A stretch of DNA of 63,530 nt, filler included, from Phoronis australis (lineage: Eukaryota; Animalia; Phoronida): assembly GCA_002633005.1 (NCBI GenBank). It is 5 parts of 5 records of this genome, joined end to end, with 100 filler letters (N's around TTAATTAATTAA, not from the genome) between each part and the next. Parts side by side here need not be neighbours in the genome. Positions count along the whole stretch, not along the records: positions 1 to 27,117 come from NMRA01000928.1; 4 more parts are not named here. One strand, 5' to 3'. How positions within the stretch are numbered: the stretch's first letter is position 1; each line of letters begins with the position of its first letter. The position numbers were made by a program, and so were the translations under genes. Positions 12,513 to 25,388 of the stretch are shown one piece after another. The notes beneath the pieces are model-generated. The model was not told where the DNA came from, ran no database searches, and saw nothing but the letters and a program-made list of their open reading frames with translations.

Positions 12513-14469
12513 GTAAGTGTCTTCTCAGCAATACCCCTGTAATGAGTGGTCAAACAGCATGATTCTAGCAAATCAAGAAAACCTACGTTCTTTTGTTACC
12601 ATAAATATAATATATTGAAAGTGTGTTGCCGTCGTTTTCAATTTGTACCAAAAACATGATTGTTCTTCTTTGTCATCTTCGATCTCTTTCAACGTTATTA
12701 CTTTTCTGACAGTAAATAGTAGTGCACGAGTCTCTCAAACGACTGGCAAAGTGTAAGGTGAACATCACAAAATGACATGTTTTACAACACAGATCTGTTT
12801 TTTGAAAAGTGACTTAAGACTTTAGACACAGTTTTTCTTATGCTCCCACTTCCGAATAGATGGATAGGCGTTTAGTCAAGTTTAATGCTCTTATCACTGT
12901 CTAGAAATAATTGTCACCAATTTTTCTCAGTAACTATCAGTTATACGTATATTCTTAAATACTTTTTACTTTTGCTCAATTGAGATTTATTAATTATTTC
13001 TCAGAAATATTTGCGTGAAGTGAAAGACCGAATTTCTTACTTTATTGTCTTAAATAACTTTTCTTAACTCCAGGAGGTTGTTTCAAAAGATGCATTCTTA
13101 CCACACAACAAAAAGTCTTGAGAGGCGATTTTACTATGGTATGGTTTGATAAATTATTGATATGGCCATCAGGAGCCAAGCTTAAAAAATGTTGACACGA
13201 CAACCCAAAAAGGCGGGTCGTGAATATACTTTTGATGATTTCTGATTGATCTCCCCTATTTTGATTAAAAGAAATGTTAGTGCCGGTTACTTTTTGCAAG
13301 GTTCCTGCTATGCATTGACATACATGTACAAAGTGTCATAAGAGAACACGGTGGTAATAAGTGGTAATGAAAATTTGGCATGTGATATATTTTGCAGAAG
13401 ACGTCGTTATGGAAGCATCCTGAAGTATTTACTTGGGCAAATGACGGCGTACATGTAGGTGCTGTTATTTGAGTACAAACAATCGTTCCTATTTATCAAG
13501 TGCCACTTCTTTGTAATTGGAAACTGATCTGTTGCTACATGGATATAATTTGCGATGACAGTAATTAAGCGTGGGGACAATGCTAGTTGTACTGATATTT
13601 CCTCGAAACAGGCTAAGGTTTCAATTGATGTGAACAGAGATGATGGGAACAAAATATGAACCTGATTTGAGGAGTACGTTCAAGATGAGCAGATTTGGGC
13701 AAACCTATTATGTTTAACCTACTTGATGATTATAAGAAACAATTGCTCCGACTGCTTGACAAATACTATTTAAAACGCTTAAATCAATATGTGGGGCCAG
13801 ACCCCTTTATCAGCCTTACGCTTTCAAGCTTGAAAATGTTGCTCTCTTGGAAACCACTGCAAGCTTTAGTACAATAGATAGTCAGCAACGTAATTCAAGT
13901 TGACTTCATCAGTGCCATTTCATGAGAGGATTTTCTGCCTGGTCGATCGCAATTAAGTGGCTACCCTGTAAGCGAACATACATGTACAGGAATTTTTCTC
14001 TGTATTTGACTCGGCTTTACCTAGGCTATTGTAAACAATATTAACCTGATATTAAACTGTCGGATTGGTGCTTAATTAGTTTAACTTAAAGCTTGCCTCA
14101 AGACAAGTAACGTATCAAGGCAAGCTTAAAGACAATAATCTCCACTTAAAAGTTTTAAAGTTGTTAATAATTGGCAATTGACATCCCCCAAAGAGTGATC
14201 AATGACAGTTTTGAGTGATTAAGATACCTGTAGATGTCATTTCTTCTAACACCACTTTGCCATTTAAACTTTAATTAAGTTCTGGCCGCCTGACTTATCC
14301 TAACGCGCCGTTCAGTTTTCGTGGTCCACTTCGAATTTAAGGTGATTTGATTTATAATTTCGTTGCACAAGTGAGGATCATACCTCTCACTTTTTATAGC
14401 AAACCTTCAAACGTTTTGATGGATGTAAAGGGTCCTGTCAAAAACGTACTTTTTATAAATGGCCTCCGA

Positions 14470-15630
14470 GTCGCGCAAAATATGCCCAACCCGTCCGAAA
14501 ATTAGAAGGCGTTATCATATCCTTAATAGAAACCTATTTGCAAAATTTCATTGTACGTCGTATTTATCTGAAAACGGGCACCTGTCATCGCCTCATTAAT
14601 GGAAGCCGATTTATTAAATTTCATAAAAATCCATCAAAGTGCTTCATACATAGAGAAGACAACGGAAAACATGAAATTGCCACCAGGGTAGGGGGAAGAG
14701 CGGTAGTTGGATCCGTAAAAATGTCGTCGCTCCATTGTCAAATTCATATAAATACACTTGCCAAATTTAATGAAGATCCAGCCATTGACACAAAAAACTG
14801 CTACTAGGAGGCGACACTTTAGTTATTGTCATCCGAAATTCATCACCAGCCGTCTTCTTCAGACCAGAAACATACACGCCATCCTTAAATTGGTTTCGTT
14901 GATAAAGTGGCGGACAGACTATAAAACAGTAACAGCCACCAGATGGTGCAAAATAATTCGAAAACGAGAACATGTCATCGTCTTTTTAGGAAAAACCTAT
15001 TCTCCACATTTTATAAAAATCCATCAGGGAACTTAAAAAAATGAAATTTCCACTATAGGGCACAGTGCTTGTACGACCTCTTCATAAGTCATCGTCCTCT
15101 GTTAACTTCATGTAAAGACACTTGCCACCTTCAATAAAGATCTTGCAAAGGGTTAAGCACGTACATACATGGACACAAAAAACTGCCACTAGGAGGCATT
15201 ACAATTGTTGAAATCGTCCGAAAATCGTAGTCAGCTGCCTTCTTTGCACTTGAAATATATACGCCAATTTTCAAAACAATCCTTAGATTGGTTTGACTGA
15301 TACAGAGGCGGACGTCAAAAAGATACTCGAAAGCAGCAAAAATGGCAACTATATAGGGCAAAATACCACGAGTCCATCCGAAGAAGGGAAGGTAGGGTCA
15401 TTTCAATAATAGATAATTATTTGCTAAATTTTATGAAAATCCGTTAAGTACCTCTGAAGACACAGAGGTAAACGTAAAAAAATTGCCACTAAGGGGCACA
15501 CTGGTATTCCGATCCTTACGAAAATCTACTAATGCCGTCCCCGCCATGGCAGGATATAGCTGCAAAATTTCATGAACACGCATCGAAGGGGTCGCTGGAC
15601 AGACGGACAGAGATGACGGCATAATGCGCT
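14470..15630 (+). mobile_element. Helentron/HINE-like interspersed element with degenerate internal repeats
   Basis: Recurrent aaa(a/t)tgccactag(g)ggc, tccgtccgaaa and ccaaattt motifs; ends with gacagacggacag. A related copy is at ~26080-26700. Family call is inferred. Confidence 0.5.
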
Positions 15631-18399
15631 CACATATAAGACACCTTCACTCCATGACAAATTGAAGTGCATAATTTATTCTCAAGCGTTGCAAATAAAA
15701 TGAAATCTGCGGCAAAAATGTTCCTGACATAGTTCTGTTTTTGTTTTACTGCATACTTTCATGCTTCTTTAAAGTTATGTCGAAACAGTTTGATATTACA
15801 GGTTCAAAATAGTTAAAACTGGGGAAAAAGAATAAATTAATTTGGAATGAAGCGACATTTTTGGTCTCCCCAAAACGCTCTTTTACCTTCTACTGTTTCC
15901 AAATCTCATTTTAATTGTTTTCACATATCAGCTATCTCTAGTTTGTATTTTACTTAGAAATTGGCCAATTATAAATCAATAATTAGTATAATACTATTGT
16001 CTTGCGATTTTAAGTACTTTGTTTTGGGGGATTTGGCAATTAGACTTTCGTTGAGAGCATGATTTCACTTTCAAATAAAGAGATTTTGACAACACGTGTT
16101 TTTTCATATAATTCGACATTTTTGTGGAACGGTTTCAGTGAACGCTTTTTTAATATGGATTGTACAGAATAGAGTTCCGTAAACCAAAAGACATTAGCTT
16201 CTATTAGCGGCGAAAACTCTTTAGTTATGGAAAGAAAGTTGTGAATTCAATCCCAAGATTCAACACTTCAACCTCGCCGACCTTTCACGTTTTGTGTTCG
16301 TAATTTTGCTAGCTCCCAATTATACTCCTGAACACACGGTTTTCATTCATGTGAATTTGCAAGTTCTTAAATTCCTCTTAAAAAATTAGATCTAAAGAAC
16401 GCTCTCCATATTACGGGTGATTGGCAAAAAGCACAGAACTAGCAACTGACATTATTTCAGAAAAAATAGCCGGCCATATGTTCAGAATCATCGTCATTTC
16501 GGTTTACCTGAAAATGCATTAACTTAACTATAATCTCACGAACCCATATGAGTGTAATTGCATCGGTGTGGGAGCACAACAGGGCCTCACCCTTACCCCT
16601 GGAATCAGTACATCATCCAGTGTTTCCAAAAATCTACTTTCTGCCTATGTTGCAATGACCTCGTTGGAGGTGATTATATTGCAATGTTCTCCATATCTGT
16701 TGTTGTAATTAGAGCCTCACCTCGGTCAAAACTCAGTTGAAATTTGCATATTGCCCCCCTTCCCCGTACTTAGCAAAGTGCCCCCGATTGCCACACATTT
16801 CAGCCTCCTCTCCTATCGCAATAAATTCGCGTTTGGTCCCTAGTTAATGGTTTCTGCCAATGTCACTAGATGGCTTACACACACATCCCAAATAAGTACA
16901 CAAATCGCTTGTGTTGACGTCTAGTCGGCGACTTTTTAGCCTGATAACAAATACCAATGGCAGGTACAGAAGAACTAAGAGACTAAATATAGCAAATTGT
17001 GAACACAGTGAAGTCAGGGCACACAGATTTTACGGACATGTCACAAAGTCTGAATCGTTCTCTATCTTGTGTCATGAATCGAATTGCGTTTAGAGCTTCG
17101 ATGATCCCTTGCAGTACGTGAATTTTGACAAAATGTATAAGTCGTTGGGTGTATTTAATACTAAAAAGTTTCTTTCCATTGGTTGGTGTAAGCCACTTAG
17201 TCTCACATCAACAAATGGAATTTGCTCAGTGATCTACATAGATACTTCAGTATCCTAAGCCACGCTTAAAGAGGTCAATCTTACTTTGGAAAATTTAAAA
17301 TTTATTAAAATAATGTTACTAAACTGCAGTCGTGAGCTTGGCAATCCCCTAACACTGATCACAGACGGATTTTGGTAATTGTGATGTGTTTTGTTGTGTA
17401 TTCCACTACTTTGCCATCAACAGTTCATTGAGAAGACTTATCAGGCTTTATCTGCTGGCTAATAACTGTTAGTGACACAAATCAAAAGTTAAATACCGCT
17501 TTAATGTTTTGCTGTCTTATAAAAAATGTTAAGTGACGATCTGTGTGACATTACTACATGACGCTATTTGGTCTGAAAATAGACATGCTCAGTCACGTCA
17601 ATTTGTAAAGAATAGCCCAGGTCATTGGTAGGTCTATTGTTCCCATTCAGGTAACCCCGGACATTTTAACACTTGGCATTTAAAAAACATTGGTTTGGAT
17701 TAATCAGTATGTGCCGGCAACGGTAGCATCCACTGTATGCTTGAGCACAATAAGAATTGGCAAGATGAACAATCCGGTAATAAGTGTCAATTAGGTGAAC
17801 GGTTGAGAGCGACATGTAGCAGCTGGCCTTATCATAATTATCATCATCCTTAAGACCTCCGCTTCGTCACTGTAAGGATGAGAGTGCCACTTCGTATAGA
17901 GGAACTGAGTTTCATTCCGTGCACCTAAGTGACTTGCAAGAAGAGGTTGAGTGATGACGTGCTTTGGTTGCAATGCATGGCAGTATCTCGCGTGACTTTG
18001 CTTCGTTGGGTACTTTCTTCAGTCTGACTCTGCGGAATGCACTCCGGCAATGCAAACTCGCGCCAGTGTCCCATTCAAAGTTCTCTTCCGCCCAAGAGAG
18101 CAATAATCGTAGCTCGTCCACTTCACGTACTTCCACAATAGCCCTGGAAAGGAGTAAATCCTTACAAAATTTATAGTAAATCGAAAATTGTGAGCCTGTG
18201 CACCCTGCCGTAAATCATGAAAGAGGTGAAAACCCGTGAATGATTATTTTGAACTAGAAAGATTATTGTCACGGCGTGACAATAATGGACTCTGCGCGTG
18301 CGTATTAAAGGAATTGTTATGGGAAGTTACTGACAGCAACCCGTTTACCAATTTCAAAAGGAATTCCTTAAAATTGTCGGAAAAATTACATGTTAATAT

Positions 18400-20420
18400 T
18401 TTGATGACCTTTCCACTAATTGACCTCTTTCGGTGCATTATGAGCTCGGTTTAGGGAATAATTGTAAACTCGATTAAAAGTGTGACCCCATTGGTACACA
18501 AAATGACCTGATAATTTAGAATTCAAACTCAATCACATTTACTAAACAGATATGTAATTTCAAAGTCTCCAGCTCAAAATTTTAGTTTGCACTCAATGAC
18601 CTTCAACATATTTTTTCTGATGGGTTAGGCATATTTTGTAGTAAAATAGGGCTTTCGATTGAAATGGTGACTTACACCAGTGTGCTGAACTTGAAAAGAA
18701 TTCCATAAAAAATGGAGGGGGTATAACATTTTGAACGTTAGATGACCTTTGCACTAATTGACCCTATCCGGTGCATTATAAGCGTCTTGAGGAGAATTGT
18801 TGCAAAGCCTGTGGAAAGTGTGTTTAATGCTGAGAATCGCAAATGTCTAACGGTTGACACATCAGAATTCTTGGTGAATGAAAAGGAAAAATTTTCAGAA
18901 GAAAAATGCACCTAATGACCCCATGGTTGCACTAAATGACCTGAAACTTTATACTTTGAATTGAATTAAATGTACCAATCAGACTTGGGAATTTGAAGTG
19001 TCTAGCTCAAACTTTTAGTCTGCACTCAGTGATCTTTGACCTATTTTCTCTGATTGGTTTGCCATATTGCTAAGTGAAGTAGGGTATTTCTCTGGCGTGT
19101 AGGTTTACACCAATGTGCTGGAATTGAAGAGAATTCCTTGAAAAATATAGGAAGGAGAAATAACCTTTTCAATAGTAGGTGATAGTAGGTGACTTTTGCA
19201 CTAATTGACCATATCCAGTGCATTACTAGCCCTTTAAGTAGAACTAACTGCAAAGTCCGTGAAAATTATACTTATTGCTGAGAATCAGAGTTGTCCAACG
19301 GTTGACACATCAGAATACTTGGTGAATGAAAAGGACACATTTTCAGAAGAAAAATCCACCTAATGACCCCATGTTTGCACTTAATGACCTGAAACTGGAT
19401 TCCGATCTCATTTACCTGTGGCAATCAAACCTGTCAATTTGAAGTATCTAGCTCAAAATTTTAGTTTGCACTCAATGACCTTCGACATATTTTTTTCTGA
19501 TGGGTTAGGCATATTTTGTAGTAAAATAGGACTTTCGATTGGCATGGTGACTTACACAAGTGTGCTGAACTTGAAAAGAATTCCTTGAAAAATGGAGGGG
19601 ATATAACATTTTGAACGTTTGATGACCTTCGTACTAATTGACCCTATCCGGTGCATTATAAGCGTCTTGAGGAGAATTATTGCAAAGCCTGTGGAAAGTG
19701 TGTTTAATGCTGAGAATCGCAAATGTCTAACGATTGACACATCAGAATTCTTGGTGAATGAAAAGGACAAATTTTCAGAAGAAAATTGCATCTAATGACC
19801 CCATGGTTGCACTAAATGACCTGAAACTTTGTACTTTGAATTGAATTAGACGTACCAATCAGACTTGGGAATTTGAAGTGTCTAGCTCAAACTTTTAGTC
19901 TGCACTCAGTGACCTTTGACCTATTTTCTCTGATTGGGTTGCCATATTGCTAAGTAAAGTAGGGTATTTCTCTGGCGTGTAGGTTTACACCAATGTGCTG
20001 GAATTGAAGAGAAATACTTGAAAAATATAGGAGGGAGAAATAACCTTTTCAATAGTAGGTGATAGTAGGTGACTTTTGCACTAATTGACCCTATCCAGTG
20101 CATTACTAGCCCTTTAAGTAGAACTAACTGCAAAGTCCGTGAAAATTATACTTATTGCTGAGAATCAGAGTTGTCTAACGGTTGACACATCAGAATACTT
20201 GGTGAATGAAAAGGACAAATTTTCAGAAGAAAAATGCACCTAATGACCCCATGTTTGCACTTAATGACCTGAATCTAGATTCCGATTTCATTTACCTGTG
20301 GCAATCAAACCTGTCAATTTGAAGTATCTAGCTCAAAATTTTACTTTGCACCTAATGACCTTTGACCTATTTCACCTGATTAGATGATCCGATTACATAG
20401 AAAAGTAACTTTTTAAATTG
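18400..20420 (+). repeat. Tandem array, 880-bp unit made of two diverged ~440-bp subunits (about 2.3 units)
   Basis: Near-identical ORFs at 19041 and 19921 (period 880); ctagctcaaa(a/c)tttta..tgcac recurs at ~18570, 19000, 19448, 19880 and 20327. Confidence 0.9.
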
Positions 20421-20646
20421 TCATGTTGACTTATACCTGTGCAACGTATTTGAAAAAGATAGCTTTAAAACTGAAGGATGAGCAGCATTTTGGAATTTAT
20501 ATGACCTTTACACCAAACGACCTCTTCCCGTGCAATATGGAATATGATTATATAACCAATCCAAATATATATACTGTCAAATGTCATATGCTGAATTTAA
20601 AGACACCTGCACCCAATTTGGAGTTATTAAGCCTCAAAGTTGGTCG

Positions 20647-20811
20647 GAAGAAGAATAAGAAGAATAAGAAGAATAAGAAGAATAAGATAAGAATAAGAAT
20701 AAAATTGAAGAAAACCCAGGCACAACAGTACTCTGCGCTTACACGCGCAGAGTAATAAAATTGAAGAAAACCCAGGAACAACAGTACTCTGCGCTTACAC
20801 GCGTAGAGTAA
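20647..20811 (+). repeat. (AAGAAT/AAG)n microsatellite followed by a duplicated ~57-bp unit containing a hairpin
   Basis: Stem-loop tactctgcgc-ttacac-gcgcagagta at 20729-20754, repeated with one mismatch at ~20785-20810. Confidence 0.8.
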
Positions 20812-21282
20812 AAACAGTATTTACCGGCCCACTTAACGCTGGCGTAACTCGGGGATATTGGCGAATTCATGCCCAGTGCTATTTAGATACAAATGTTTAA
20901 AATGCGCACATTGGTGGGCGCAATCCTATTGTAAACCCGGTTAGGGAGAAACCCTTGCCCCAATTTTTAGGTTAAATCTTCATCTCAGAACGGTGTCCTC
21001 ATAATATGGGAAAGAGGGCACACAAAATTATCGCTCAATATGTCGTTAAATGAAATATCCTCTTGGTCAACCGGCCCATTGTTGGACGGGCCCGATCTTT
21101 GAGGGCGTTTTTGACATGCTCCCCTCTTAATCCAATACTGTTACAACGGAATTTCATTTTCTAGCCTGCATCGCGCACTATCGTAGACTGGAAGTAAACA
21201 GGTGGTGAAAACACACCAATATCAAACATGTATCTGTTTATTGATATAACCCATTTCCTACAAAATCATTTGCACGTTTCAG

Positions 21283-21372
21283 TCAATCGGCGGTCCAACA
21301 TCTTCCAATGGGCACATTGATGTGTTTAACCTGCTTCTGAAGAATGGCGAAGAAATTAGCTTCCACGACGAG
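21283..21372 (+). CDS. Ankyrin-repeat protein, exon A6 (SIGGPTSSNGHIDVFNLLLKNGEEISFHDE), GC donor
   Basis: Not in the ORF track. Acceptor gtttcAG; NGHIDVFNLLLKNG ankyrin second half; ends GAC GAG like A2 and A8, followed by GCAAGA (non-canonical GC donor); 90 nt. Confidence 0.65.
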
Positions 21373-22252
21373 GCAAGAGGCAACGTTTCCACGATTTACA
21401 TGAACGTCAATTGTTAAGTTTTCTCCGGATTGATACAGTACATTGTTCATTCAGTGTAGCCATTTAGATTAGACCACATAGAACTTGATGATTAACAAGT
21501 CATTTTTGCGGAACTGAAATAATGCTTAACTTCAAACTCTTTGCTTGATTTGTTCAGCATAGTTCAGAAGACTTCATCTACGGCAGCTTGGGGCAGTTGT
21601 CAGGTCGTAAACAGTCTGCGATATCAAGGCTAAATTATCTACGTGTAATCTGCCTACATGTAATACTTTTCGTTTTCGATGGGGATAATTAAAACTTCAC
21701 CGTGATCGGATGACGCATACCTCTATGTATAAAAAGGATTTGGCTCAGTTTACCACAAAGCCGCAAAATACAGCAGCAGTAGTCTCTGTCTAATGACGTT
21801 GATTGTTACATAACAGGTTTAATTATTACTTTTTGATTTCCGTTAAATGAATATTTCTTTAATTGCAAATTGTTCATTTTGCGTTGAGTTTTAACTGAAG
21901 TGTTAAATATTAACATGCGTTATCAATTTTCACGATGAAGTCACAGTAACAATGATAATTAGCATAAGCACAGTTGTAAACATTACGTGTCTTAATTTGC
22001 GGGGACTCGACATACTTTACTCTACTAAAGTAGAAACTTCTTAATGTTTTCAGTTCTGGTACACTCAAAGGACATGTGCTGTTTACCTACATATTCTTTA
22101 TACCAAGTTATTGGATTTTGACGAGCAAACAACCGTCTCCTAGTGCTTATGAACATCGACGGCAGCGCCGCCGTGAAGGAAATTCATTTTGATTCTACTG
22201 CTGAAAATTCGAAGGAAGTCAGTCCAGTTTTATTTGTTTTGTGTTTTTGTAG

Positions 22253-22351
22253 AATGATGGCACTATGTTGGATTATGCTGCGTATGGTGGCAACGTTGAA
22301 ATTTTCAATTTGGTGTTGAGTAAAGCAACCAATGATAACATAACGGAAGAC
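22253..22351 (+). CDS. Ankyrin-repeat protein, exon A7 (NDGTMLDYAAYGGNVEIFNLVLSKATNDNITED)
   Basis: Not in the ORF track. Acceptor tttttgtAG; donor GTAAGT; 99 nt (33 aa), phase 0/0. Confidence 0.85.
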
Positions 22352-22557
22352 GTAAGTATACAAGGCATACACCAAAAACCGAGTGTTAAATAATATGTAA
22401 GTTAGTTTCGACACACTTTTAGTAGTAAGAGTCTTAATGTCATTCGATAAACTATTTTCTGCCACTACTGCGTTCCACTGTTCACACATATTTTCGGTTT
22501 TCAGTAACTGCGTTTGCATAACGAACTTTGCTGACTCAATATGACGTCGTTTTGTAG

Positions 22558-22656
22558 GGGATCAGGAAATCTCTGCACTATGCTGCTCTGGGAGGAAACT
22601 TCGAGATTTTCAAATTACTACTCAACAAGGTAACGGATGAGCATGCACCAGACGAG
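22558..22656 (+). CDS. Ankyrin-repeat protein, exon A8 (GIRKSLHYAALGGNFEIFKLLLNKVTDEHAPDE)
   Basis: Not in the ORF track. Acceptor ttttgtAG; donor GTGAGC; 99 nt (33 aa), phase 0/0. Confidence 0.88.
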
Positions 22657-23488
22657 GTGAGCATCCTCCCCGGCACTCTTCCCAATAAACGTTCGCAGTT
22701 TCCATGTATGCGCATGCGTATGCGTTCTTGCGTAAAAACATTTACGTTTGACAGGACGTAATGGGAGACTAATGTGTTAGTGGTTTTATTTGGGTACTAA
22801 ATGTGCTCCGTGCTTAAGCGATGCAAGTAATAACTCCCAAAACGTGGCCAAAAGAGGTACTAGTACCTCTACGAAGCTTCAAAATTGACTGATACATGAC
22901 ATGACATGTACATGCAATATGTTGTGTCAGACAACGTTGTCTTGTCCTCATCATGTGCTGTTATGAGATTTTGAGGAACAAATAGAGAGGAAATAACTGA
23001 TCTTTAATATTTCAAAACGGCTCCTTGGCGTCAGTCGTCGACAATTGCTAGTTGACAATGTTTACCCACACATCACTCGTCTGTCTTAGTCCAGCCAGTC
23101 GCGATTCATGATCTTTTGTTCACGTTCATTTTTCCCTTTACACAATCGTTTGTAGGTAACACAGGGTCTTCTAATTTCAATAAAAAGATGGACCACCACG
23201 GAAATAAGTTCTGGTGTTACCCAGATAATGTGCATAATCATTTTTCAAATTTCTTATCTTGTACCTTTTACTTATTATTGTATTTATTATGGATTTCTCT
23301 TAGAAGGTGAAGGTGTACACATAACATAGACGGGTGATCATGATTTACACGTGCAATAGCTGGCAAAAACAGGACACACTAAAACGAACAAAAGGTTGTA
23401 TTTATCACGAAAAAAGCTACATTTCGTCTGTGAACCAACACTGAAAACTGTTCCCAGCATCTTTGAAATATTCTCTTACCTCTTACAG

Positions 23489-23587
23489 AATGGTGGTACT
23501 TTGTTACACTACGCTGCTTTCGGAGGGAACGCTGAAATTTTCAAATTTCTGCTGCCGCTAAGCGTTAACGTCAACATAGGAGACCAC
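23489..23587 (+). CDS. Ankyrin-repeat protein, exon A9 (NGGTLLHYAAFGGNAEIFKFLLPLSVNVNIGDH)
   Basis: Acceptor tcttacAG; donor GTAAGT; 99 nt (33 aa), phase 0/0. Confidence 0.88.
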
Positions 23588-24572
23588 GTAAGTAATACAT
23601 GTACATTGTTCAATTTTAAGACACCTTCCTACTAAAGGGTTTACACTTTAGACAAATTATCGGATCGATAGTCACTGGGCTTACACGTTGCTCGGTAAGA
23701 AAACGCGTCCAGGGTGATGCAATTCAGGCCTGGATTTGTACAAGCAGTCCTAATGCGCATATGATTTAAACCCAAAGATTAAAGACAGGTTATTTTACGA
23801 ACTCTGATGAAATGCATCATAAATCCTGCTGGGTGTTGGGTTTCTTAACTGAACATTTCTGGAATCAAATATTGTTGTCTTGAGCAAACACCAGTTCATC
23901 ATGAAAAGTAAATTTGCTACTATCAACACGTTAGAGAATTGGTCGATTGATTAATCATAATAATAGGACAGTGGTGTCGGATATTTGTGCAATAAATTAC
24001 GCGAATCAAAAAGGTCGACACGCTATTTAAGCCTTCTACATGCCCATTGGAACAATGTGCTTTATCTTTACTGCTCTTACCCAGCAAGTCTATCACCCTG
24101 CTTGACGAATTTTGCAAGTCTCGTGCTTAAAACCTCCAATACCCTAATTTTGACAATTGGTTGCATTGTTGGCATCCCAAGCCTCCCTTTATAGCCATGT
24201 AGATCACAATTGTGAATTCAGTATCCAAAAACGAGAAAATGGGAGAAGAGCAATTCCAATTCAAAGTTTTCTATATCCACGGGCATGTGTGTGACGTATG
24301 GAAGTACTCAGCGACAGTGTGTCATGTCCAACATGCGAGTTTCTTGTACGAATACGTGCCATACCCGCTTTTCTCCATTGGTCAAATACTAAGTTGTCAT
24401 AACCACCACAAACGCAACGGCTCCTCATTCCTTATTATACCGTCGAAAACGGGAAAACGAACAGCACTATCGAACGACTTCTCACACTAAACACAACTGA
24501 GGTTGACTGGAGCTGTAATTGGTTTTCCCATTTTATGTATCCACCGATAAACGCTAGAGATCATTTAGTTAA

Positions 24573-25388
24573 AGGCGAAGGCAACCTTTTTTCATGTCAT
24601 TTTGAGCTAAAATAAGGTTGGTTGGTTATCCTAGACATATTTTCCACTTAATTACAGCTTTTCGTAATTTTGTTAATTACTCGTCCGCTACTCAGGAAGT
24701 GACGTTTTAGGAGGCAGGCATTTCGCCACACGACACTATGTAAGCAGTTTGGGTCAGTGCTCAGGTCACCAAGGCCAGTGGGAGTGTGTCGCGGGACACT
24801 CTGGCAAGTTGGACAGTTGTTCCTCTGTCCGTGGTATGCCGGAGGTCCACTTAACCGTGTCCAGTAGTGGCTTGGCCTCGTCGAACTCTAAACAGCACGA
24901 GCATTCCATGGAGGTAGGCATAACAACGCACACAGTGCATTTGCACCAAGATGTGTCACCACGTCTGTCCTCAGTAGCCGCCTCGTTTCTCTCAACAGCT
25001 GCCTGTGCCTGTGCGTACTCTGCCTCGTTATACANNNNNNNNNNNNNNNNNNNNNNNNNNNNNNNNNNNNNNNNNNNNNNNNNNNNNNNNNNNNNNNNNN
25101 NNNNNNNNNNNNNNNNNNNNNNNNNNNNNNNNNNNNNNNNNNNNNNNNNNNNNNNNNNNNNNNNNNNNNNNNNNNNNNNNNNNNNNNNNNNNNNNNNNNN
25201 NNNNNNNNNNNNNNNAAAAAGAGTGAAGCAGGAGGGGAAACGCTTGCCTCCTAAAACGTCACTTCCGGAATAGAGGACGAGTAATTAATAAAATTGCGAA
25301 AAGCTGTAATTAAGTGGAAAATATGTCTAGGATAACCAACCAACCTTATTTTAGCTCAAAATGACATGAAAAAAGGTTGCCTTCGCCT
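24573..25388 (-). mobile_element. Kolobok-like non-autonomous DNA transposon, ~145-bp TIRs, TTAA TSD, internal Cys-rich coding remnant
   Basis: TTAA|aggcgaaggcaacc...ggttgccttcgcct|TTAA; long near-perfect TIRs; minus strand reads WCKCTVCVVMPTSMECSCCLE; spans gap 25035-25215. Confidence 0.85.

Noticed and set aside
17791-18145. Coding-looking minus-strand stretch with a ttccAG acceptor inside the ankyrin intron
   Set aside because: No recognisable domain, it would need a frameshift to stay open, and no partner exons were found.
19041-20133. Repeated 70-aa ORFs MQLVLLKGLVMHW...
   Set aside because: Chance ORFs within the 880-bp tandem repeat.
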